From Lingula anatina (lineage: Eukaryota > Animalia > Brachiopoda), in contig CM120640.1 in assembly GCA_051362555.1 (NCBI GenBank), forward strand, positions 23,856,225 through 23,920,224: a DNA stretch of 64,000 nucleotides, written 5' to 3'. Below are positions 31,458-42,647 of the stretch, piece by piece. A program made the translations under genes and the position numbers. The notes under the pieces are model-generated. The model was given only the letters and a program-made list of their open reading frames with translations, had not been told where the DNA came from and made no database searches. Within the stretch, counting starts at the first letter, position 1, and every line of letters starts with the position of its first letter.

Positions 31458-31848
31458 GGACTCGCCTTGCCTCAACAATTACAACTGCAATACATCAAAA
31501 ATTGTTTGAGGCAGTATATCTTAAATGAAAATCAGCAATCATTTCAGTTATTATTTTGCACAACTCAATATATTTCATATAATTTTGTAGTGTTCATTTG
31601 GAAAAGTAGAAAACGTAGACGCAAAATGTGGCAGTTGTTTGTATATCTGGCCTTAAAACCTAGATGAAAATGTAATATAAGACAATGTGGTAAAAGTCAA
31701 CTTGCTGTAATCATGGTAACCAACACCATGGCAATGATGGCACAATGCCAACCAGCAGGGACCCATCAAACTATAGGTCAACAGGTTTGTAATACCAACA
31801 TCTTCACTGGATTTGGTCAGTGAAAAATTCTGCCATGTTTTGAAGTAT

Positions 31849-32020
31849 CTGGGGTAGTGCTAACACTCGCCAATTTACCCAAATGCTAAAACTGACTGAA
31901 ATATGCTAAACAAAAAGGGCTTGATTTGACTCATTTTAGTCAAATTTACACCATTTGGATAACAAATTGACAAAAAGTAATGATTTGGCTAAGCGAAAAA
32001 AATTGCTAGCGCTACCCCAG
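31849..32020. mobile_element. Small MITE with 5-bp TSD downstream of the AMD1 stop
   Basis: AGTAT|CTGGGGTAGTGCTAAC...GCTAGCGCTACCCCAG|AGTAT. Confidence 0.7.
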
Positions 32021-32359
32021 AGTATCATATTGATGCTGCACAAAAACATAAACCAGGTAAGTCTGTTGAAACAAATCAATGCACATTCATTTGTAAAACA
32101 TTGGAAGAGTTGAGAAAAGAGTATGGATTAATCATTGTTGACAGATGAATCAGATGTAAATGTTAAGAAGAAAAAAATTAATATTTCAAAACATATCCTT
32201 ATATCTACTTTAATTTGAGATGTCTTCTCTTACAGCAGTAATTGCAAAATTATTTTTTATATATTATGTTGTTCTCCTGATAAGTAACAAATGTTGTTCA
32301 GTGCTCAATATCGGTTTTAAGTACTTGATGAAATATTGGAGACATATAGCAAAGTATAA

Positions 32360-33838
32360 TTATTGTACCACCAGCGTAGGCGCTGGCGGTACATATGGTT
32401 TTAGTCCTGTCCGGATCGTTTTGCCGGACTTCGACGGCTCCACGGCTCCTGCAGCTCCTCCGCCATGTTACCGTTACCACTTCTCCTCCAAGAGGTAAGG
32501 GCCTCCATACCCATCTCTTGGATTTAGGTCACCTATAATCTCAACTCGTTCCACATAAAATTTGGTCTTTGTCGGTGCTGGGGTCTAGGTGTGGCACTCA
32601 TTGCAATGCACCCTTGTCCAAAAATGGCAAAATTAAATGCTAATTATCTAACCTACGGAAGGGATTATGGGAAAAATTTCTACAGTCGGCTGACCAAAAG
32701 TCATATGTGGAGATTTCAAATATGCCCTTGGATTTGACCTTTGACCTTCATTTTAAGGTCAAATGGGCCAAATTTTCAAAAAACGAAATTTTTAATGAAA
32801 AAAAAAATTATTTGCACTGATATTCAGAAACTACACAGACGTAACCAATAATATTATTGGAAAGTGTTACCCTTCAGGTCATCTTTCATCTCTGTGAATT
32901 TGGGGTCAATCGGTGTATTTTCACAGGAGTAGTGGCCATAAGATACCGAAACTGAAAACTGTCTCTAATTCGGGAACCGTTAATGTTAGAGACCCATTCT
33001 TTTTTGCATTTTGTAGAGCATGTAAAGCCCAACACTGAGGGTGGTCTCCGTTTTTTTGTATTCCATACGGTTTTTGAGTTATGCTGTATCAAAAAGCACA
33101 TTGTAGTGGTGAAAGCAAAAGACCTTTAAATTGACCTTTGACCTACTTTTCATCATGAATTGAACTTTGCAAATTTCCATTCTCTTTTATCTCCAAAACT
33201 GGCAGAGAAAGGTCCATAGTTACTATTGAACTTGAATAGGAAGTAATACACTGGCAATTTACTGTGAACTTAAAATTGTCCTTTGACCTAATTTTTATGA
33301 TGAACTGCTTTTTGCATGTTTTCTGACCTTTAAATCTGCAAAATTCGAAAAGAAATGCCCATGGTTACTATTGAACTTGAATAGAAATTCATATACTATG
33401 ATGTTGAAATTGACTTTGACCTACTTTTTCACCATGAACTAAGCTTTGCATATTTTCTTGACCCTCATATCTTCAAAACTAGCAGAGATGTGCCCGGTGT
33501 TGCCCCTAGGTTTTTCTCTTTTGTCAGCATATATGCACCACTGACAACACATTTTAAGGAAAACCAATAGGCCTTTTGTCTAGAGAATCACAGGAGTGAT
33601 CAATGGTAGGAAAATGCAGGTCAGTTCAAAAATCTGCTTGATTGTACCATTTTTATTTATATTTCTTTTGGCATATTTTGAGAACTCTTGTTGATTGCAT
33701 TTTATAGAGCTTGTCAAGCACAAGACTGGTGATGGTGTCCCTTTTTTTTTGGGGGGGGGGGGAGGTTCCATACGCATGCGCTTACTCCAGCTGGTGGTAC
33801 AATATCCGGAGGCGGTATCGCCTCTCTGATCCTCTAGT
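32360..33838 (+). mobile_element. HINE copy 2 (internally deleted, few degenerate satellite monomers)
   Basis: Starts TATTGTACCACCAGCGTAGGCGCTGGCGGTACA and ends GCTGGTGGTACAATA..GAGGCGGTATCGCCTC..CTAGT. Long stretches are reverse-complement matches to ~8230-8990 and 6381-6570. Confidence 0.85.
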
Positions 33839-35494
33839 CATTTTTGTACCACTTCCCCAAAGTGGAATCCGAATATTTCCCAGGGAAATGAAATGATGTA
33901 AAATGTCACATTGATAACAAATGGTACTCAATATATTTCTGTTCCATTTTAATGGCAACTGTTATTTACAAAATGTTAAGCTTGTTGAAATACCGCAACT
34001 AGTCACTTTTTATTGTCAAAAAATTATACAAATGTACTTGTTTGCAAAGAATGGAATGTTTATGCTTGTTTAATACCATAACTCTGTTTACATCATGCAG
34101 TGTAATTAAAGAAGAACTTGGGAAGATTTCTTCTGGAGTTTTTTGACAATAGTGAACTGTTAATGCAGGTTATAGCTACAAAAACTTTCAAATTAGCTGC
34201 AGCATTTGTTAATCTATTTAAGGTTTATACATGTATAATCATTATGATATTGTGTAAGTTACTACAAGCAAAAGAAAATGTGAGGTAGACTTGGATGGCT
34301 GAAGGAGCAGTGAGAGCCATTTTTGTTTTAAAGTATTAATGCATATTCTTGCTATAATTAGCTACAAAATTTCTATTTTTGTGAATCTTTTATTTCCTAC
34401 TTTCTGAAGGTCTTTATATTAACTCGATGCCCTGCTTGTGTATTGGCATCTGAAGATTTTTGTCTTCTTTTCAGTATTAATTGTAAAACTGCTAAAATCT
34501 TATTAACAGTTTTAGTATAACAGTTATGTTTTTAAAGAAATTCATTATATTTTTAACTAGTCTGAAGACTGGACTTGATTAAATATTCATTTTATAACAT
34601 GTCCTTACTCGAATATCATTGAAATAAATATGGGAAGCAGTTTCACAGAAAAATGATTAAATTCAATCTCTTCTCCTTTATTAAGAACTACCAATAAGTA
34701 TTATAGTTTTAAGAGTTTTATTAGAATGATTATGGAGTCTGAAAAGTCCCATACACCTTATTAGTGGCGATTATGAAAAAAGGCCAGCCGCTAAAAGAAT
34801 GCAGATTGATATGCCCATTGGAAACTGTATAGTATCACAAGCAAATAACAATACATTTTTAATGCTGATATTAAAAGGAAAACACCAGTATCATATTTAA
34901 CAGCACTGATATAGTTCATGTAACCTATTTCATTACCAAGAATAGACAATACTATACAAATTTTAATAGAAGTGCAGCTCTTAACAAATGTTGTCACAGC
35001 CTGAATAGCTTCCATATAGCATCTCACATTTAATCTATATGTAAAGTGAGAGCAACAGTTACTTGAAAAAAAGAGGTTACAGCTGATAAATTGCCTTTGA
35101 AATTGAATAAATGTCTCCATAACAATGTTAAGCGTGATGGCAGCTGGATTTGTACTAAGAGCCAGACTTAAACTGTCACAGCGCCAAAGCAATACCAAGC
35201 TATTATATTTTAAGTACTTTGTATGATAGCAAACCCCTTGGGCCTAGGTTTGAAACACAATATTCATTACTGTTCAATGCAAGAGAACACTGCAGTTGAG
35301 GAAAAAAGACATGAGAGCATTTGATGTACTTGTGGATAAGTCCAATTTAAACTTTTGAGCTTAAAATACTTATAATGCTACTGCTGCTCCCATATTTAGA
35401 GATTAAATGACAAGTGTAAATGCTGAAAACATCCATACCTAGACTTATAATCTCAGCCTCGTGCCTACTAGTTCTCTCTCCCTCATCTTTTTAG

Positions 35495-35523
35495 TGTGTG
35501 TGTGTGTGTTTGTGTGTGTGTGC
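35495..35523. repeat. (GT)n microsatellite; others are (AG)n ~11576-11597, (CA)n ~42970-43009 and (GAAAT)n ~37364-37400
   Basis: Directly visible simple repeats. Confidence 0.9.
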
Positions 35524-36285
35524 GAGGGGGACCCTTGTCTATGTCCACCATGAATATTAATCCTCTACCTAATTTGTGCTCTTTCAAATTTTATTCTTAC
35601 AAAGTTTTTAAAAGTTTATTAAAATTAACAATCTTCAAACTAAACAAAATATAGTCTTGTTTACATTCTAAACCTTTTTCGGATTCAAGTATTTAATGCT
35701 TTTTACAATGATATGACATTCCTTTCACAAGAACATGTAGTATTAACAGATTTCACTGGAGTTGTGAGGTTACCCACACCACTCGATGGAGATAAGTATA
35801 AGCATGTTAATGACAAAATAAATTACCATATGATAGCTAGTTATGTATATAGCCCTACTGTCTTTATTAACGCCATTGTATCTCAACCTTTCCCTTCTCA
35901 AAAGAAAGGAATGCTTTATATCAGTAGGTGAGGCAGTTATTCATAAATGAACAGAGCATACCAAAGGAAGTCTGGACTATGATTATTGGTAATGTCCAGA
36001 ACATGAAACTGGATTTTAATGTTTGTCACCTGCCAGTTTTGTCATCAGTTTCTGAAATTTATGTGACCAGAATACATTCAGGAAAAGAACTCGGGCCATC
36101 AAGTATGATCCAACTTGACACTGTGTCCAACAACAGATTTAAATGTACAACAAACTATATTTTTCTGCCAAATAATGTAACAATTTGAGCCCACCAATTT
36201 GTGCTGTATCTTTAACAATCCTTGCAACCAACAAGCTACACAATAAATAACCTAATACAAATAATCTCATTAAAATTCATAACAA

Positions 36286-38649
36286 TCAAATTTGTTTAGG
36301 TGGAATCAAGTCCAGTTCTTGAACAAGTTGTACGATATTCCTGGCTTGTAACACACTGGGCATGTCTATCATAACTCCACGGAACACAAAGGCACCCTGA
36401 AAAAAGACAAAATATTGGTTACTTTGAAGGCAACTTAAAGTGCATTCCCAGAGATGTAGATCGATCCATCCAGATCGACCTAACTCCCTGGGGGTTGACG
36501 CTAAATTGCAGTCAGCCAAGCACGCACAACAGTTAATTACCCCCTTACAGCTTTTAGTAGGCGGGACAGACGCTTAAGTCAGCTATGCTGACAGTAATCT
36601 AGTGAGACTCCCCACAGGGATAGATCGATCTAAAATCTGTGGGAATGGGGTCTTAAAGTCATATCACATATAGGTTACAAATGTTTTAAATTCTAATGCA
36701 CAGCTCAGGTTAACACCTGAGTGCACACAGGTGCACATACAATGAGAAAGATAAAAATGTACAACTTTTACCTTTCCGGATTTCTGGTGCTCATTAAATG
36801 CCTCTATCATCTCTGTTGCCCACTGAATCTGCTCCTCACTGGGAGAAAATGCTGTCTGTACCACTGCCACTTGGTTAGGATGGATCACTTGTTTCCCAGT
36901 AAATCCCATACGAGATCCTTGCAATGACTGTTCTCGTAGGGCATTAAGATCTACAGTGTCAACGGGCAGAAATTACCAATCTTTTATACTCAATAAAAAT
37001 AGAGTTTCATTTGTTTTAGATAATTGAACTGTAAATAGGCTGAGATGTCACAGGTACAGTATTGCTAATAAACAGAATGTCATGGGTGTGCTTTAAAATG
37101 AGAAATCTTATTTCGACAATTTTCAAGTTAACTGAAAAACTCTTTAACTCCTGTGGCTTTAGTTATTTTTTATGCTGCTTGCGTTGGTGTTTAACCACAT
37201 AAGCACTTACCTTTAAAATTAATTTGAACCATATCTATTGCTTGTAAATTATATGCTTTTGCATGTACAACTATCTTCTGTCTGACATATGTCAATTCAT
37301 AAGCATCTAGTGTGCGGCTAGCACCTAAAATTAAAAATATTTAAAATTGCTTATCCCTCACTTGAAATGAAATCAAAATGAAATGAAATGAAATTAAATT
37401 AAATGTCACATGTATATAACAGGAGGTAAGATCATATTAAAAGGAAAGAATAATATGAAAATGCTTACCAATATTTGCACAGAAATCATCAGACCCAAAC
37501 ATGATTCCTGTCAAATGAAATACCCCATCTTCTGACTTTTCCAATCCTTTGAGAATTATCTGGTGGAGATTGATTAGTCCTATAGCACTTTCTATTTGGA
37601 AGATTAAATTAAGAGGGGCACCCATTTGCCTTTCTCCTAGGTAGACTTTCAACTTATCTGCAATCTAGAGAAAGACAATACTTAATATGTTTATGCTTTA
37701 AATGAAAGGGTTGTCGGGCATATTTTGTGTATTCCTTTTTTTGTTATAACAAAAAATAAAAAAGAAATAAATAAATAAAAATAAAATGCTACAATAAGTG
37801 ATTTTTAAAATTCTGCTCAAAAAGCAACCTTGTATATAATGAATTAAACTAAACTTCATTAAGTTCTTAGAAAACCTGGATGTAAATCTTACATCCATCG
37901 AAAAAATCTTAATCTGAATATAGAATAAAAAGAATAAACCTAACCCACTCCATTTCATCAACAGTATCTACTTTTGGAACCAACAGTAGGTCTGGTACAA
38001 CTTTGGCACCAAACAAGACTTTAAAATCATCCTCAGCAAAACCACTTGTTACTTGATTGCAGCGCACTCCACGTTCTGTTCTGCCAAAATCATATTTTCC
38101 TTCTGACAGCACTGATGCAATGGTTTCTCGCGCTTCTTTCTGAAATTTAAGGTAGCAAGTAACAGTTAAAAATTACTCTTTATTTAACTTTTAAGCTTTA
38201 AGATTTTCCATTCTTTCTTTCACCACTTGACACACTGATCACAGAGAAATAAACCAATAACACTCAAAAATATTTGGAAAATAGGCCTGGTATAGTACTC
38301 ATCAGAGCATAATTCTTCAAGTATTTGCAGATAATGGTAGAGTGCATGATGAAATATTATCCACACTTTTCTTCGTAATGTATCACACCTTTTTATTGAG
38401 TGCCACCCCATCCTCGCAATCCATGACTGCACAGTCAACATCTAAAGTGCTGATTTTGTGAATTTTCTTCTCAGAGTCTCCAGGAACATAGAGCATTGCA
38501 CGGCGGGGGACATATTTCTGCTGATGGGCAAACCTCCTGCTGACTTTGTGCCTGTGGCAAGGAACAGCTATTCTTTGAGCAAACACCATGGGACATTTAA
38601 CTTTACTACCAGTGCAGGCACTTTTAAGTGCCAAGGATAGGGCACTCAT
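36286..38649 (-). CDS. CLYBL: Citramalyl-CoA lyase, mitochondrial (citrate lyase beta-like), 6 coding exons, ~351 aa
   Basis: Exons 38649-38389, 38139-37945, 37664-37469, 37324-37211, 36950-36772 and 36396-36286 join in frame. Motifs: YVPRRAMLYVPG, VDCAVMDCEDGVA, FGSDDFCANIG, LQAIDMV, MGFTGKQVIHPNQ, GAFVFRGVMIDMP. The basic N-terminus resembles a transit peptide. Confidence 0.95.
36438..36652. mobile_element. MITE family A copy in the last CLYBL intron
   Basis: TTA|AAGTGCATTCCCAGAGA...TCTGTGGGAATGGGGTC|TTA; a reverse-complement match to 10666-10880. Confidence 0.78.
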
Positions 38650-39129
38650 TGTAACATTAAACACCTGAAAAAATTAAAGAGCTCAATATTAATAATAATA
38701 CCTGCTGCAGTAACAATTTTGTGAGTGAGTATTACGTAAGCCTGCATACTGAAATAGCATTGCCCAGGGAAAAGAACAAAAATCATTAATGCAAAAGTTA
38801 ACAGCTGTGTTAATAACATACAAATAGACAGTAAGCTGCAACAAACCATAATCAAGAAAATTATTCAAGCTTCCTACTTAAACTTGCCCGAGTAACAATT
38901 AAGTCTTTCATCTCGTTTAACATACTCACTGTTGTGCTAGACGTACAGTAATTACAATTATTTAAACGTATGTTAAGTCGTGCTAGACACAGAAAACGCA
39001 TCTCACTACCCACTTACTACTGGCACTGAGTACTGGTACTAGTAATGTAATAAATTATCCTTGAGTTGACTTCCACGATCACAGCTCACTACAGTTTCTC
39101 TTCACATAAACCATTTGATTAAGTTTCAC

Positions 39130-39340
39130 CTGCAGTCTGACATGTTGCCCGCGAACTAAAAATAATATTATGACAATGCAAAATGTTCATTCATTCTCAG
39201 TATGTCTACGATCTAAGTTCATAACAAAAATGCATGACACCTCAAGGGCGCAGACATATTGAAAGTGACGTAGTGATGCCCCCAAAGGTCGCTGCAAGTG
39301 CCCGGATAATAACAAACCCAGCAGGGAAAGAAGGCGGGTG
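39130..39340. promoter_or_regulatory. Putative divergent first exons and bidirectional promoter of CLYBL and VPS13
   Basis: Minus-strand donor CAG|GTGAAA at 39129 and plus-strand donor CGG|GTGAGC near 39338. The segment is locally CpG-richer and contains a GTGACGTA CRE-like site. Confidence 0.45.
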
Positions 39341-42300
39341 AGCACAAGTACGCAGTGTAAGATTTTTGATTCAAGTTGATTGCATTGTTTTGAAATGTGT
39401 ATTTTCACGTAACTTTTATCTATAACGTGTTGTTTTATATACATCGCTACTTTACGAAGGTAGTACACCAATATTTTATGTAAAATTGTAGAGCGGCTTC
39501 TTGAGGCACACTTAGTGTAAATAATTGTTTCAGCCTACATGTACATTGACTACAGTTGACTCTCATGGGCCATGTGTTGCTTCATAAATTATATAATATA
39601 TGTATAACATCAACACCAATGGGGCTCCCTAAGTCGATCTGCACATTTAACTTGAGTCCTTTTTGGTGATGCATACAGTATAGCTGTATAAACCAGAACA
39701 GTACAGGTGCCATTAAATACTGTACCAGCATTTACTGTCAGTGAGTATGTGTAAGAGCTCTTTGCAAAACTGAGATGTAATTGTAATCATTAACCATATT
39801 TCATCTCTATGTTGCATTTTCAGCCTTAATTTGTAAGCAATAAACTTTTTCATATTTGATGAAAACATGATTGTGGTTTGGCTGGAAACGGAGAACTGGG
39901 TGGTTTGTGTCCAAACTACAAAATGTATCAGTATGATTTGTTGTGGATAGCCATCTCCTGGCCCAGTGTAGATCAATAATCTAAGCTCTTTTCAACTGTC
40001 TGCAGTGTACAATATATCTGTTTTCTTGTATTTGTTATACAGTATATAGTAAGGCAGAGAACATTCCCATAATATGAGTCACTCCAAAGTTACATTTATT
40101 TGAAAAAAAAGTCTCCCACAAAGGAGGCCATGTTTTTGTTTGTTTAAAGAGTGATTTAGTTTAATTTTCTCAGACTTTCAATGGATATTTCAAGCAAAAC
40201 CAAGTCAAACTTAATTGTAGCTACAATTTTTTTTGTAAATATTTTTATAGAGCTGTTCATGAATAGTTGTCTTTTAAACCCATTATTGCCATTATTACTC
40301 AGTATTACTATTGATAAAGGTTAAGCTAGATCATATGTATGATTGTAGAATTGTTTTTTCTTAGTCAAGCAGTGGATGATATATGGACCAAAAGCAGGCA
40401 CAGGCTGGTTCAGTACAAGTACTGTTAGATATATTTAGCATGATACATATATTGTAGTAATGTTCAGTGTAACCACAGAAAGACATTGAAAATTAATACT
40501 GCTGACTGACTGAACAGAGTATAATGCTGAAGGCTGTTACCTGGGATATATAGTATAGTGCATAATACTTGGTAATGTGTTGTTAATGATATCTTGCATT
40601 TGTGTCACAGTTATCAATATTATATACAAGTCATCATAATTATCTAGTATAATACTCTCCAGGCACCAATAGCTTACTACTGGTGGCTCAATGAGTCACT
40701 ACGTGTAAAGACGTGTTGTTCACAGATAATCCAGGTGCACATAATTGCTTTGCCAGCTTTGTGTAAATATGTGACAAAAGAAGGATATAATGAGGTCATT
40801 AATATCCTTAGACTTTGTATACTCAGATCTTGCCAAAGTTATTGACATGGAAAATATGAAGAGGTATGTGTCCTACTTAATGAAGCAGATTTATGATACA
40901 GTATGATTATAGTTGTATTATTGGGATTTCATGATTTATGTTACTAAGTGGACTGTCAAATTTGATTCATTATAAATTATTTATTATCATTGTTTTGTAT
41001 GTGATGTTAACAATGAATGAAATATATTACAATTTGCAGATAATATGATATCAGTTGCAGTATGGTATATTAGAAAAAAAACTTGAGTCCTCATTTGTGT
41101 GTTGAATAACTAATTTCATACCAAGCATATTTTTATACCAATTAACAATCTAATAATCAGATAAGCTCTCCATCTAATAGCAATTATTTGGCTATACCGG
41201 TGATGAATTGTAATGGAGGAATTTGTGTCCTTGCCATATTTACATGTCTTCTGTGTTCTGCTTCAACATGTTAATAATTTATTACAATTATTGAAATAAC
41301 CATAAGATTTACAGAAGAAAAAAAAATTATCAGTTCATGGGTATTTTTATGATGATCCTTTTGCTCCTCTCCTTATTTCATAGTTATTTTTTTCAACTTG
41401 ACCTTAATAAGTAATTACAGTCATCAGTTCCTAGAATTTCTTTAGTGAGAGACTGTGATTACAAGTATTGTTGTAGCATATTTGTCAGTTGATAAACTCA
41501 TGATTGTTAAGAACTATTTTTTAGGAATAGACAGAATTTGTAAAATGTAATTTGCAACCCTGATTCAAACTGAGCATGAATTATTTGTACTATTTACCAG
41601 GCCACGATGATTTTCAGTCATTACTGATGCAGTTCAACCAGACAAAGTGCATAAGGAAGTGTTTCAGCGACATGTCAAGGATACATATCAAATGCTCAAT
41701 CCTTGTGTTCATTTTCCGTTGTTTGGTCATACGGGAAACGTATTCTCATCCTTTATAAATGCCAAGCCTCAGTTATGCTGCAATTTACATGTTTTCTGTC
41801 CTGAGTTTCGTACTGAATGTGAACCATGATGTGTTGGGTCTTTTAGTCGATCCATCTCGGGCTGCGTTTTGTACATATAATCCAGTTTTCATTAGAGATC
41901 ATTAACCTAAGTATTTGATATTTACTGTGATGCACCATAGATTTTTGTTTTCAATTGCCACTGCAGGATATTGATCTTTTCTAGGCTGAACAAGTATTTT
42001 ATGGAGAGGGAGCTCAGACTTCAAATGGGAAGGACGTCAACTTCAACAGTGTATTAAATCTTTATCTGGAAATCCAGGATTGATCCAAGTTGCTGTCTAT
42101 TGATTTTTCCGAGAGAGACTCACGTTTTGCTTTGCATATCAGCTGCTGGTATGATGTGACCATATTGGACACTGGTTTCACTTGAGTCAGCAGGGTTTTC
42201 AATCAAGCGGGTAAATATTGCAGATTTTAAGCATGCATTGGTTGTTTACTGATTAATATTATACTTATAACTTCCCTGGTCAGTGTGATTTTTGTTAAAA

Positions 42301-42647
42301 AATGGTGAATTCTATAGTTTACCTTCAGTGATTTGTGTAAAAAAAATGTTTTACCCATTGTTTTAGAATAGTATACAAAACAAATTTATAGAAAAGATTA
42401 TGCTAAGTACATTTTAATCATTAAGCTTGTAGGCAGGCAAAACAAATAGAACATTATGTCTCCTCCATCCCAGATTACCACAAGCATACTGTGCATAGTA
42501 CCATTCATACCAAGAAAACGGGCAACACAGAATATTGGTTAATTGAGATTTGATCGAGCATAAGCAAATCTAATTTTCAGTTTTTCATAAATTAGATTGA
42601 TAACATAAAGTGTACATTGATGACTTGATTCTGCTTTTAGAGGCAAT

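Noticed and set aside
32193-32200. ATATCCTT U12-like donor downstream of AMD1 (also near 40802 and 52392)
   Set aside because: No matching branch point and AC terminus, and no exon logic; one instance lies inside a coding exon.
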